The notes below the pieces were generated by a model. That model saw nothing but the letters and a program-made list of their open reading frames with translations. It was not told the origin of the DNA and did not search any database. The position numbers were made by a program, and so were the translations under genes. 64,000 nucleotides of DNA from an uncultured Bacteroidales bacterium (GTDB lineage: Bacteria; Bacteroidota; Bacteroidia; Bacteroidales; VadinHA17): positions 354,526-418,525 of the forward strand of contig CAVSZC010000001.1 of NCBI GenBank assembly GCA_963732365.1. The letters are read 5' to 3'. Below, one piece after another: positions 1-9,838 of this stretch; the first letter of the stretch is position 1; every line of letters starts with the position of its first letter.

Positions 1-1
1 T

Positions 2-757
2 TTCAGGGAGGGTATCCACTGGCACATAAACCCGAATATAGATATTGAATATATCTCTGAAAATGACATGCGTGAGATCATTTCTTACGTCAGGTACACC
101 AACAAACAAACAGGAGAAGTTACTATTTACAGGGATCCAAACATTGAAATATCGGACAGCCTTATTGCCGCAACCACTACAAGGACAATGGATTGCATTG
201 ATTGTCATAACAGACCATCTCATAATTACAACTCGCCAACCGTCTATTTTGATAAAGCAATGCTCAACAGCGAGATATCAAAGGATATCCCCTTTATTAA
301 AAGGACAGCAATGGGTATCCTGAGAAACACTTTCACTGACACCGACACGGCATTTATGGAGATCAGAGATGGAATTACCAGCTATTACAAGACTGATTTC
401 AGCGATTATTTTCAAAATAATCAGGAGAAAATAGACGGCGCGGTGACCGCCCTGCAGACTGCCTTCAGCAAAAACACTTTTCCGGGAATGAAGGTTACCT
501 ATGATGCGTACCCTGACCACATCGGGCATCTTGAAACAGAAGGATGCTTCAGGTGTCATAATGATTCCTTCACTTCGGAAAACGGGCGAAAGATCACAAG
601 GGACTGCAATCTTTGCCATACCATAATTGGTCAGGGCAAACCCGATGAGATGGAATATACACAGATAAGGGAGACACTCGAGTTCCGTCATCCGATTGAT
701 ATCGGCACTCTCTGGAGCGAGGTGAACTGCTCGGAGTGCCATAAATTTCTGTATTGA
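2..757 (+). CDS. Multiheme c-type cytochrome, C-terminal part (5' end lies outside the window)
   Basis: Frame is open from position 2 (FREGIHWHINP...) into ORF 68..757. Four CxxCH motifs: CIDCH, CFRCH, CNLCH, CSECH. Confidence 0.88.
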   Translation, partial: FREGIHWHINPNIDIEYISENDMREIISYVRYTNKQTGEVTIYRDPNIEISDSLIAATTTRTMDCIDCHNRPSHNYNSPTVYFDKAMLNSEISKDIPFIKRTAMGILRNTFTDTDTAFMEIRDGITSYYKTDFSDYFQNNQEKIDGAVTALQTAFSKNTFPGMKVTYDAYPDHIGHLETEGCFRCHNDSFTSENGRKITRDCNLCHTIIGQGKPDEMEYTQIRETLEFRHPIDIGTLWSEVNCSECHKFLY

Positions 758-912
758 ATAACCTGAAATTCCGGGTAACAGATTTAAAGAGATCTTATTA
801 TTGCACTTCTGCCACATTATCATGATCCGCGTGGGTCAGGGTAAGATGTTGGTACTTTAGTGCATGCAGACCGAAGGTCCGATTGAAAATATTGACTTAA
901 TTTGTGCCCGCG

Positions 913-1818
913 ATGCTAAAGGTTTCAGTCATTCTCTGCACTTACAACTCAGCTCCGTTCATAAGGAGAACGGTCGAGTCGGTCATAGCACAGAAGGGAG
1001 CAGGAAGCGAATTCGAATTCGAATTCCTGGCCACCGATGACTGCTCAACAGACAATACATGTGACATCCTGAGATCTTACGGCATCAATCCTTACCTCAA
1101 TTCAGCCCCCAGCGGCGGACCAAACAGGGGGCGCAACAGAGGACTCAGGGACGCGACAGGCGATTTTATCGCTTTCATCGATCATGATGACACGTGGCAC
1201 CCGGAAAAGATTGCTGCTCAGCTCTCTGTCTCACACCTGGCACCAATAATAACCTCAGGATATCATCTTACAGATACTTCAAGAAAAACAGAGTCGGTCA
1301 TCGGTGCCGGTGAAGAACCTTTCCTGTTCCATGACGTCAATGTCACCTTCCGTGACCGGCTGGCACGCAGGAACAGTGGCCAGCCTGTTTATATGAGTAC
1401 CGTTATGATAAGCAAAAAGCTGTCGTCAATACTGTTCGAGGAAGAATACGGATGCGTTGATTACGACTGGCTGGTAAGACTCTTCGAGAACAATCCGTCA
1501 GTTCACTGCAACCGAACGCTTGCAAAAAGGTTTGTAGACGGAAGGAACCTCTCACTGCAAAGAAGCTACCGGGAGAAAGAGTATGCTCTCTCTCTCCGCA
1601 CAGCCGGGGAATATATGAAAAAGTACCCGGCCGAGGCGCAGGAGGCTCTTTACAGAATTAACGGCACCAGGGCAAGGTATCATTATGTCATGGGTGAGAT
1701 GAATCTGGCACGCCTCTATTTCAGAATGTCATCCCCTGGGATAAAGAGGTCTCTCTACATTCTTACCTCGTACGCAGGCAGCAGCCTGGTAAAACGCATC
1801 TTCAGGGTATTCGGGTAA
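913..1818 (+). CDS. Glycosyltransferase family 2
   Basis: VSVILCTYN, DDCSTD, RNRGL and FIAFIDHDD (GT-A DxD) motifs. ATG at 913 preferred over GTG at 904. Confidence 0.9.
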   Translation: MLKVSVILCTYNSAPFIRRTVESVIAQKGAGSEFEFEFLATDDCSTDNTCDILRSYGINPYLNSAPSGGPNRGRNRGLRDATGDFIAFIDHDDTWHPEKIAAQLSVSHLAPIITSGYHLTDTSRKTESVIGAGEEPFLFHDVNVTFRDRLARRNSGQPVYMSTVMISKKLSSILFEEEYGCVDYDWLVRLFENNPSVHCNRTLAKRFVDGRNLSLQRSYREKEYALSLRTAGEYMKKYPAEAQEALYRINGTRARYHYVMGEMNLARLYFRMSSPGIKRSLYILTSYAGSSLVKRIFRVFG

Positions 1819-1923
1819 AAGTCGGGGGAGAGTGAAGAAAAATCTTCAGTATTATAAGTTCTGTAATTATAAGGTAAAAGAGAAATACATACTGATATAA
1901 AATAACTGATAAAAAGAATAGAA

Positions 1924-2799
1924 ATGAAATCAACCGCAACACTGTTACTAATAGCCGCCCTGGGGCTGGCTGCATTCAAATCTGACAAACCGGCTTACGC
2001 CCTTTATGATAATGAAGGCAAAAAGGTGAAGTATGATAAGATGATTGAGAACATCAGTAAAACTGACGTTGTCTTCTTCGGAGAGCTTCATGACAACCCT
2101 ATCTCACACTGGCTTGAATATGAGGTAACGGCAGACCTGCATGAGGTGGTCGGAGAAAGGCTTGTGCTGGGAGCAGAGATGTTTGAGGCTGACAATCAAC
2201 TCCTTATCGATGAATATCTCTCGAAGGCTTACGAGGCTGACAAGTTCGAAGCGGAAGTAAAACTCTGGAAAAACTATAAGACAGATTACAAACCTCTTGT
2301 AGAGTTTGCACGAAAAAATAACCTTCCCTTTATAGCCACCAACGTCCCGAGGAGGTATGCCTCAATCGTCTCGAAGAAAGGACTTGAATCGCTTGATTCA
2401 CTGCCTGATGAGTCAAAGAGGTTTATTGCCCCCCTGCCGATCAATTATGATCCGGAGGTAAGGAGCTATAAGGATATGATGCAGATGACCGGGATGCCGG
2501 GTATGGGTGGCAAGGTCAACGAGAATTTCCCCAAGGCCCAGGCAATCAAGGACGCCACCATGGCCCATTTTATCCTTAAAAACCTTGAAGCAGGCAGGGT
2601 ATTCATTCACTATAACGGTTCATTCCATTCGGACAATTACTCCGGCATTATCCATTATCTTAAAAGGGAGAGGCCTGAGATCAAAGTTTCAACCATTACA
2701 ACGGTATTGCAGGCTGACACAGACAGTCTCAAGGCTGAATATCTGAATACTGCAGACTACATTATTGTTGTGCCGGAGACGATGACGAGGACCTATTGA
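1924..2799 (+). CDS. ChaN-family (heme/cofactor-binding, iron-regulated) exported protein
   Basis: Signal peptide; DVVFFGELHDNP, LGAEMFE, YKPLVEFA, ATNVPRRYAS, QAIKDATMA and HYNGSFHS motifs. Confidence 0.82.
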   Translation: MKSTATLLLIAALGLAAFKSDKPAYALYDNEGKKVKYDKMIENISKTDVVFFGELHDNPISHWLEYEVTADLHEVVGERLVLGAEMFEADNQLLIDEYLSKAYEADKFEAEVKLWKNYKTDYKPLVEFARKNNLPFIATNVPRRYASIVSKKGLESLDSLPDESKRFIAPLPINYDPEVRSYKDMMQMTGMPGMGGKVNENFPKAQAIKDATMAHFILKNLEAGRVFIHYNGSFHSDNYSGIIHYLKRERPEIKVSTITTVLQADTDSLKAEYLNTADYIIVVPETMTRTY

Positions 2800-2832
2800 A
2801 TTAAGAATTAAGAATTAAGAATTGAGAATTAA
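2798..2832. repeat. Heptamer tandem array (GAATTAA)x5, one variant GAATTGA
   Basis: Read directly; overlaps the ChaN stop codon. Confidence 0.95.
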
Positions 2833-2850
2833 GAGGTAGGGAGTATCAAT

Positions 2851-2890
2851 AAAAAACTGCCCTGGGCGAAGTGCCAGGGCAGTTTTATTT
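2851..2890. terminator. Bidirectional intrinsic terminator between ChaN and susD
   Basis: AAAACTGCCCTGG-gcgaagtg-CCAGGGCAGTTTT hairpin with A and T tracts, between convergent genes. Confidence 0.85.
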
Positions 2891-2908
2891 AATACAGGCT
2901 AAAATACC

Positions 2909-4639
2909 TTACGGTTTTGAGAACCATAATTTGGTATTCATAGCGTCAGCTCCCTGGCGTCCAATTGCAGTAGTCAGGTTTGCTCCGTTCTTGCTGTATG
3001 CACCGGAACCGTACTGCATCCTTTCAGGATAGAGTCCGTTGATAGAACCAAGACCGTAGATATCAGCGTCAGTGACACCTGCTGCCAGGCTTGCCGGGTA
3101 GCCGGTCTTCCTGACGATTGCCCATCCTTCGAACCCTTCAGTATAAGAGTTAATCCATTTCTGTGTGGCAATCTTCTCCAGTTTCTCTGCAGATGTGCCG
3201 GTGGAAATGCTGGCTATCGGTTTGGCAAGGTAGGTAGTGATGTCACCTTCAGCGCATCCCCACATCCGCATAGAGTATCTGATACCATCCTGGAAAGCTG
3301 CGTTTGCATCACCGGTTGCTCCGGAAATACCTTTTACGATAGCTTCAGCCTTAAGGAAGTATGCTTCAGCAGTGGTAAGGACTATCTCCTTGTAAATATT
3401 GGAGCCTGTTCCCTTCTTTGCAATGAAGAAATCAGTAGGTGTGCTGAAGAATGCCCTGCGTATCAGAGGCTTGATGAACCCGTTAAGTCTTACAGGCTGC
3501 CCGACATAGTTCTTATTCGGAGCCATCGAGAAGGTTACAGACTCATCAGTGACTTCATTTCCGGTTTTTGTGAAGTCAGCACCCGCAGCGGTCAGAACGT
3601 CGTAAAGATAATCGACTCTCTTTGGCCACAGATCCCTGTCAGTACCTGATGCCGGTTTTGTGAATGTAAAGGTACCGCCGAAGGCAGGTCTCGCAAACTT
3701 GGGAAGCCTCGGGTCTCCGTTATTACGAAGGTAATCAACCATTGGCTGGCTTACCGTGAATCCGCCGCCGCTCGACTCGAGTGAGCCAAAGTCAAGATAT
3801 GCTCCGGCATATGAGTCGCTGTTCCACTTGCTTATGACATTATCCTTGGTTATCAGGACATCATCTGTTGCAGTGCTCAGTAAAGGAGCTCCGAAACACT
3901 GAGAAACTGTAGCAGCGGCAAAGTCATCGCCTGTTGCACCGTAGGCACGAAGGGCAATGCGAAGCTTCAGCGTATTCGCCAGCCTTTTCCATTTCTGAAG
4001 GTCGCCGCCACAATAAAGGTCATTTGCGCCGAGATCTTCCACGCCGTCACCGGTCTTGAGGCTGCTGCCTATAGTGGTCATTGCGGCGTTCAGATCGGCA
4101 ATTATGCCTTTATAGATTGATATCTGCGTATCGTACTTGGGAAGAACAATGTCAGGATCTCCAGCCTCTGAATATGGAATTTCGCCAAAAGTTTCCGTAT
4201 ACATCTGGTAATATAATCCCTTCATTATCAACCCGACCGCATACATCAGCTCATTCTCGAAGTCACCCCCTGTGCCTGTCAGCTTCAGGAAGTTGTCAAG
4301 ATAGCCGAAGTATCCTTCATAGAAATCCCAGGTGGCATCGGTATATGAAGCGCTGTAGGCATAGCTCAGCTCGTCAGACCACCATGAATAGTTGTCACCG
4401 AAGGTATAATAACCGGCAAACCGGTCAGCATGTATCAGCATTGCCCTCCAGTAGGGATAGTTGTCCGGAGCATAAAGCTTGTACTGAGGCACAGTGATGA
4501 AGTACCTTGCACTTGCTTCGTCCGCTGTGATTGCATTGGGGTCTTTGTTTATATCCTCAAAATCTTTGGTACAACCAGCGAGGCCCGCAGCAATCAGTAT
4601 GATTATGAATAAATATTTGTATGATTTCATAATTCTCAT
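2909..4639 (-). CDS. susD: SusD/RagB-family outer-membrane lipoprotein
   Basis: Lipobox LAGC followed by TKDFEDINKDPN; FGEIPYSEA, KWKRLANTLKLRIALR, EKIATQKWI and KLWF terminus; directly downstream of susC. Start may be 4630. Confidence 0.93.
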   Translation of the reverse strand: MRIMKSYKYLFIIILIAAGLAGCTKDFEDINKDPNAITADEASARYFITVPQYKLYAPDNYPYWRAMLIHADRFAGYYTFGDNYSWWSDELSYAYSASYTDATWDFYEGYFGYLDNFLKLTGTGGDFENELMYAVGLIMKGLYYQMYTETFGEIPYSEAGDPDIVLPKYDTQISIYKGIIADLNAAMTTIGSSLKTGDGVEDLGANDLYCGGDLQKWKRLANTLKLRIALRAYGATGDDFAAATVSQCFGAPLLSTATDDVLITKDNVISKWNSDSYAGAYLDFGSLESSGGGFTVSQPMVDYLRNNGDPRLPKFARPAFGGTFTFTKPASGTDRDLWPKRVDYLYDVLTAAGADFTKTGNEVTDESVTFSMAPNKNYVGQPVRLNGFIKPLIRRAFFSTPTDFFIAKKGTGSNIYKEIVLTTAEAYFLKAEAIVKGISGATGDANAAFQDGIRYSMRMWGCAEGDITTYLAKPIASISTGTSAEKLEKIATQKWINSYTEGFEGWAIVRKTGYPASLAAGVTDADIYGLGSINGLYPERMQYGSGAYSKNGANLTTAIGRQGADAMNTKLWFSKP

Positions 4640-4649
4640 ATTTTGCTAT

Positions 4650-7600
4650 TTAGAATTTGACGCTTACATTGAACCCAACGCTTCGGGTAGTTGGCATGGT
4701 ATAGAAGAGGACACCCTGGGCAAAGTTACTTACGCTGAAGCTTCCTTCAGGATCGAAGTTATCTATTGCCCTGTAGATGAAGAAGAGATTCCTTCCGGTA
4801 ACACCGACTGAGAGTCCTTTGATGAAAGTCTTCTCAAGCATGGTCCTAGGGAGATTATAAGTAAGAGCAAGCTCCCTCAGCCTGATGTTGGTCTGATCAT
4901 AGATGTAGTTTGAGGCAATGCTTGAGTACGATCCCCAGTAGGTGCCTGCATTGATCTGAGCAGTATTCGTTGCTCCGTCAGTTCTTACACCGTCAATAAC
5001 CACACCTCCTTCGCGATACTTAAGAGTCCGTTCCGAGGTACCATTAGCATCCATACCTGCATCTGTGCCGGAATATACTTCTCCGCCGAATCTTCCGTCG
5101 ATGAGGAACCTGAGGGCAAAATTACCATAGGTGAAGGTATTGGTCATACCACCTACCCAGTCAGGCTGGTAGTTACCCACCAGTATCTTCTCAGATGCGG
5201 CAAGATATCTTCCGGTATTGTCAACAACGATGTTTCCTTCATCATCTTTCTGATATGTGTTGGCATAGATGTCGCCATAGCCGCCGCCAACTTCAGCAAC
5301 GACCTCAACGGTACCTGAATTGGTGGTTGTGAATATATACCTGTCAACACCCTCGATAAGTTTTACCAGTTCGTTCCTGTTGGTAGACATGTTGAAAGAG
5401 ATATCCCATTCTAGCTTGCCATTCTGTACCGGTATACCTCCGAACAGTATCTCGAAGCCCTTATTGGTCATCTCGCCTACGTTTGTTCTTTCATAGCTGT
5501 AGCCGGTCGAGGCAGGAATGGGGACATCCATAATCAGGTCCTTTGAGACAATGCTGTAGAATGAAAGGTCGGTATAGATCCTGTTGTTCAGGAATCTGAA
5601 TTCGCCACCGAACTCAAGAGAGCTCGTCTGCTCTGGCTTCAGTCCCGGGTTCTTTCTTGTACTTGGCCTGGTGAGTATTGTAAGGCCAAGATAACTGTCG
5701 CTGGCTGATGAGAGGTCGAATGAATTCTGCAACTGGTAAGGGCTTGTGTCATTACCTACCTTGGCCCAGTTAACCCTGATCTTGGCGAAGTCAACACCCG
5801 TTATGTCAAGGAGCTCATTCAGAAGAACCGATCCGCTTACTGACGGGTAGAAATAAGACCAGTTGTCAGAAGGAAGGGTTGAAGACCAGTCATTACGTCC
5901 GGATGCTTCAAGATAGAGGAAATTATTGTAGCTCAGCTGGATGTTACCGTAGACCGAGTTGATCATTTTTTCCTGCAACGGGCTGTAACCCGGCGAGTTT
6001 GAAGAAGCACTCGCGAGGGTCGGCTTGGTCGGGATCTTGAAGTTCTCGGCAAATATGCTCATCCCTTCATAGGTCTGATACATATGGTTGGCACCAAGGT
6101 TTGCCATGATATTGATCTTCGAGGTGATGTCCTTGTTAAACATTATAAGACCGTCTATGTTGGTCTCAGAGGTTGCCTGTGTACTTACGTTAAGACGACC
6201 GCCGGGGTAGAACCAGTGTCCATACTGTTTAATGTTTTCAATCCCCTGGGTTACCGCATCAGTACCTACTCTGAAGAAAACTGACAGCCAGTCAGTGAAT
6301 TCATAGTTACCTTTGACATAACCCTGTATCCTGCTCCTGCTGTCATCGTTGACGTCATGAAGCTGATACCAGTATGGGTTACCTGTCGATCCTGACGTGT
6401 ATGTCCTGACAGAATAAGTTGCAGGATCCTGGTAGTCCTTCAGGTCATCAATTATTGTGTTCCTCGGTATGTTATAGAGGTAAGCCATGACACCCTCGGT
6501 TCCCATAATAGGACGGTTATGTGAATTCTGAATGAAGTATGTAACCTTTGCGTCAATGCTGAACTTGTCTGTAAGGTTTGTCATACCCCTCAGGTTAAAG
6601 TTATGCCTTGACAGGTCAGAACCGGGAACTAATGAGTTAGCAGTTGTATTTGTGTATGAGAACCTAAAGCTTGACTGTTCATTTCCGCCGTCAAATGCCA
6701 GGTTGTGAGTGTAGGTCTGGCCCGTCTCAAAATAGTTCTTGACGTTATCCGGCTGAGGTGAATAGGTCTCAGGCTCCGGATCCCACAGGTCATTCCAGTA
6801 GGGTTTTACCGAACCGTCCATTTTAGCGCCCCATGATCCACCAGATGCGCGGAGGTCAGTTACGCTTGCCGGAACGTTTCCGCCGGTACCCTGGCCGTAT
6901 TCATTCTGATAGGTAGGAAGGAGCATCGGCGTCTCAAAGGTATAGTTGCCTGTGTATGTCACTCCCAGTCCTCTTCCGGCTGCACCTTTCTTGGTTGTAA
7001 TAAGGATTACACCGTTTGCAGCTCTTGCACCGTAAAGTGCGGCGGCGTTAGGGCCTTTAAGGATAGACATTGATTCAATGTCATCAGAGCTGATGTCGGA
7101 AATACCGGAGCCATAGTCTGACTTTGAGTATTCACCGGCATTGGCCGAGCTGGCAGAACCGTAGCCTGTGTTGTCCATCGGGATGCCGTCAACAACATAA
7201 AGGGGCTGGTTGTTCCCCGTTATGGAGTTGTTACCCCTGATGATGACCCTCGAGCTTGAGCCGGGGCCGAATGTACCCTGTGTCACCACAACACCGGATA
7301 CGCGCCCGGAGAGTGTATTGACAACGTTCAGGTCACGCACCAGGGCAACATCTGACCCGGAGACCTCAGTCACGGCATAACCGAGTGACTTCTTCTCCCT
7401 GGAGATACCCAGCGCGGTCACGACAACCTCATCCATCATTGTGGTGAGTGGCGCCATAACCACGTTGATCACCCTCTGGTTCTGTACCGTAAACTCCTGG
7501 GGCTCCATTCCCATAAATGAGAACGCAAGTACTGAGTTTTGTGGTACCGTAATGGAATATTTTCCATTTGTGTCAGTTACAACTCCGTTTACGGTCCCTT

Positions 7601-7754
7601 TCTGCAGAACAGTAACACCTGCAAGAGGCAATCCGTCATCTGAGCCTGTAACCACACCTGTTACTGTCACATTCTGTGCTGACACCGTCGCCAGTGTTAG
7701 CATGAATCCAACACATACAGTAATAAACTTACGCAAAAGATTTAATCTTTCCAT
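4650..7754 (-). CDS. susC: SusC/RagA-family TonB-dependent transporter
   Basis: N-terminal CarboxypepD_reg-like domain, VVVTALGI, PLYVVDG, LKGPNAAALYGARAANGVILITTKKG plug signature, C-terminal Phe. Confidence 0.97.
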   Translation of the reverse strand: MERLNLLRKFITVCVGFMLTLATVSAQNVTVTGVVTGSDDGLPLAGVTVLQKGTVNGVVTDTNGKYSITVPQNSVLAFSFMGMEPQEFTVQNQRVINVVMAPLTTMMDEVVVTALGISREKKSLGYAVTEVSGSDVALVRDLNVVNTLSGRVSGVVVTQGTFGPGSSSRVIIRGNNSITGNNQPLYVVDGIPMDNTGYGSASSANAGEYSKSDYGSGISDISSDDIESMSILKGPNAAALYGARAANGVILITTKKGAAGRGLGVTYTGNYTFETPMLLPTYQNEYGQGTGGNVPASVTDLRASGGSWGAKMDGSVKPYWNDLWDPEPETYSPQPDNVKNYFETGQTYTHNLAFDGGNEQSSFRFSYTNTTANSLVPGSDLSRHNFNLRGMTNLTDKFSIDAKVTYFIQNSHNRPIMGTEGVMAYLYNIPRNTIIDDLKDYQDPATYSVRTYTSGSTGNPYWYQLHDVNDDSRSRIQGYVKGNYEFTDWLSVFFRVGTDAVTQGIENIKQYGHWFYPGGRLNVSTQATSETNIDGLIMFNKDITSKINIMANLGANHMYQTYEGMSIFAENFKIPTKPTLASASSNSPGYSPLQEKMINSVYGNIQLSYNNFLYLEASGRNDWSSTLPSDNWSYFYPSVSGSVLLNELLDITGVDFAKIRVNWAKVGNDTSPYQLQNSFDLSSASDSYLGLTILTRPSTRKNPGLKPEQTSSLEFGGEFRFLNNRIYTDLSFYSIVSKDLIMDVPIPASTGYSYERTNVGEMTNKGFEILFGGIPVQNGKLEWDISFNMSTNRNELVKLIEGVDRYIFTTTNSGTVEVVAEVGGGYGDIYANTYQKDDEGNIVVDNTGRYLAASEKILVGNYQPDWVGGMTNTFTYGNFALRFLIDGRFGGEVYSGTDAGMDANGTSERTLKYREGGVVIDGVRTDGATNTAQINAGTYWGSYSSIASNYIYDQTNIRLRELALTYNLPRTMLEKTFIKGLSVGVTGRNLFFIYRAIDNFDPEGSFSVSNFAQGVLFYTMPTTRSVGFNVSVKF

Positions 7755-7798
7755 AGGCTGGTTTTTGGGTTGGTTATTAATAATTTATCAAAGACATG

Positions 7799-7824
7799 CA
7801 TCTGTCCCCCTATAAGGACAGATG
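7799..7824. promoter_or_regulatory. Inverted repeat in the susC leader (operator or RNA hairpin)
   Basis: CATCTGTCC-ccctataa-GGACAGATG, perfect 9-bp arms, about 45 nt upstream of the susC start, no U-tract. Confidence 0.4.
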
Positions 7825-7914
7825 AAATGATCTTTGAAACGCCAATTTAGAATAAATTTTGAAGATTGTCAATGATAAGTGGTAAAAACCGGAAAAATAA
7901 TTAGGAATAACGCT

Positions 7915-8874
7915 TTACGGATGTCTTCCGTCAAGCCTTTCGAGTGCATACCATGCGGCTCCTGTGACCGCAGCGTCATCGCCCAGGGTTGCCTTTTCTA
8001 TCCTGAGTCCCTTTGCGCACCATGACAGTGAATGGAGTCTGGTCTGTCTTCTGATTTCATTAATATAATGGTCACCGGCAAGTGCCATTCCCCCTCCTAT
8101 AATGATAATCTCCGGTGCGAAGATGCTGACTAAGTTCGCCAGTCCTATCCCTACATACCTGGCGTTCTCGTCAACCACCATTTTTGCCACGGGATCGCCG
8201 GCGGCACTTTTCCCGAAGATGGTTCTTGCCCTGAGTCTGTCAGAGCCGGACAGATCCTCTCCGCGTGCCAGGAGGTATCTTTTCACCAATGCACCTGCTG
8301 AGGCAAACTCCTCCAGGGTGCCCCTCCCCTTCATCGGATCTTCGCCCGTGCCTGTGCTAATTATCATCATCCCGATCTCTCCGCCGGTATTGTTAACACC
8401 GCGGTAAAGCTTTCCGTCAATGATGATACCCCCGCCAATGCCCGTTCTGAGGGCAATGAAGATGACATGCCTGTAACCCTTTGCCCTGCCAAACCTGTGT
8501 TCGGCAACAGTCATCAGGTTGGCATCATTGCCTGCATACACGGGAAATCCGGTTCCTGATTGCAGCAACGGGGCGAGGGGTACATTCTTCCATCCTTTAA
8601 TTCCATGGTCAGGACCGAGAACGATACCCCTGTCATGGTCAATAAAACCCGGCACAGACAACCCTACAGCGAGAGGGTTTATGCCGTTCATGGCGGCCAG
8701 CTCCCGGGTTCTCCAGATGGATGACTGAAGAGATGATATTATATTGTGACGGGTCAGTTTAACTGAGAGGGGGAATGACTCTCTGAGCATTACCTTGCCA
8801 TCATACCTCACCACTGCTGTCCGTATTGCAAATCGTCCGAGATCTGCTCCTATTGCTGCGGCGTGAGGGTACAT
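7915..8874 (-). CDS. ROK-family protein (no HTH; degenerate motifs)
   Basis: VGLSVPG, NDAN, AEHRFG, TGIGGGIIIDGKLYRG, GEIG, LEEFAS and PEIIIIGGG motifs. Confidence 0.9.
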   Translation of the reverse strand: MYPHAAAIGADLGRFAIRTAVVRYDGKVMLRESFPLSVKLTRHNIISSLQSSIWRTRELAAMNGINPLAVGLSVPGFIDHDRGIVLGPDHGIKGWKNVPLAPLLQSGTGFPVYAGNDANLMTVAEHRFGRAKGYRHVIFIALRTGIGGGIIIDGKLYRGVNNTGGEIGMMIISTGTGEDPMKGRGTLEEFASAGALVKRYLLARGEDLSGSDRLRARTIFGKSAAGDPVAKMVVDENARYVGIGLANLVSIFAPEIIIIGGGMALAGDHYINEIRRQTRLHSLSWCAKGLRIEKATLGDDAAVTGAAWYALERLDGRHP

Positions 8875-8904
8875 TGGGTATTAAGAACTTTATTAGAGAT
8901 ACAG

Positions 8905-8936
8905 GGTTATCGGTTATCAGTTATCGGTTATCGGTA
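8905..8936. repeat. Heptamer tandem array (GGTTATC)x4.5 abutting the IS
   Basis: GGTTATC GGTTATC AGTTATC GGTTATC GGTA. Confidence 0.95.
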
Positions 8937-8945
8937 AGTCAATGC

Positions 8946-9791
8946 CTAAATAACGTTGACCTTTTTTTGATTGATTTTACTTCTTTTTTTATTGATATGA
9001 TTGACTGTTGATAACGGGAGATAACCGAAAGAGTTATCCTCGTTATCAATAGTTTTTTTAAACTCAACTGGAGATAGTTTACCCAATGCCCTGTGTGGCT
9101 TACCAGTATTGTACATTAATACTGCCTTGTCTAGCAGCCTCTTAAGGGAACTCATATTAGTAGGGCCATATGGATAAAGATAATTGTTTTTAATAATGCC
9201 ATTAAGCCTCTCAGCGTGCGCATTCTCATAAACCTTTTCCTCGGTCATGGAGTTGACCATCTGAAGTTCTTTTGTAAGTGCTTTAAATTCTTTGCAATAA
9301 TACTGCCCACCGCCGTCTGAGTGAAGAATGGCGCCATTTATATTGGCTCTGCCTCGTACATTGACCAACTTGTGCAAAGCAGGTATTGTTGTGCTCTCTG
9401 TACGCAAATTGTCGCTCTCCGACCAACCAACTATCTCCCGGTTAAATAAGTCCGTGATAAAAGTAAGATAACAGGTTCTGGAGCCCATATCATAGTAAGT
9501 TATGTCACTTACAAAAACCTGGTTGACACCTGTAACCTCCAACTCCTTTATCAGGTTAGGAAAACGGGTTACGCCAAGACTGTTGGTCGTAATTCTGTAA
9601 TTCCTTAATTGCTTCAGCCTGTAGCCTGAGTCCATGCAGAAGCGCTCGAACCGATCACGACCCATGCAGCTGGGCTGCAACTTGAGATAAATATCCCTGG
9701 CGCACATACGGGGATGATCCCTGCGGATCTCATTTATCAGCGGGATCAACTGCTCCTGCTCTTCAAGCTTATATTTACGACGCTGCAGCAT
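8946..9791 (-). CDS. IS3-family transposase OrfB (DDE integrase core)
   Basis: NQVFVSDITY, ILHSDGGGQY, ENAHAERLNGIIK and YNTGKPHRALG motifs. The frame stays open upstream to the A9 run. Confidence 0.95.
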   Translation of the reverse strand: MLQRRKYKLEEQEQLIPLINEIRRDHPRMCARDIYLKLQPSCMGRDRFERFCMDSGYRLKQLRNYRITTNSLGVTRFPNLIKELEVTGVNQVFVSDITYYDMGSRTCYLTFITDLFNREIVGWSESDNLRTESTTIPALHKLVNVRGRANINGAILHSDGGGQYYCKEFKALTKELQMVNSMTEEKVYENAHAERLNGIIKNNYLYPYGPTNMSSLKRLLDKAVLMYNTGKPHRALGKLSPVEFKKTIDNEDNSFGYLPLSTVNHINKKRSKINQKKVNVI

Positions 9792-9838
9792 CTGATGAAA
9801 GGATTGTTTACTTATGCCAACTACTTCAAACAGACTGT

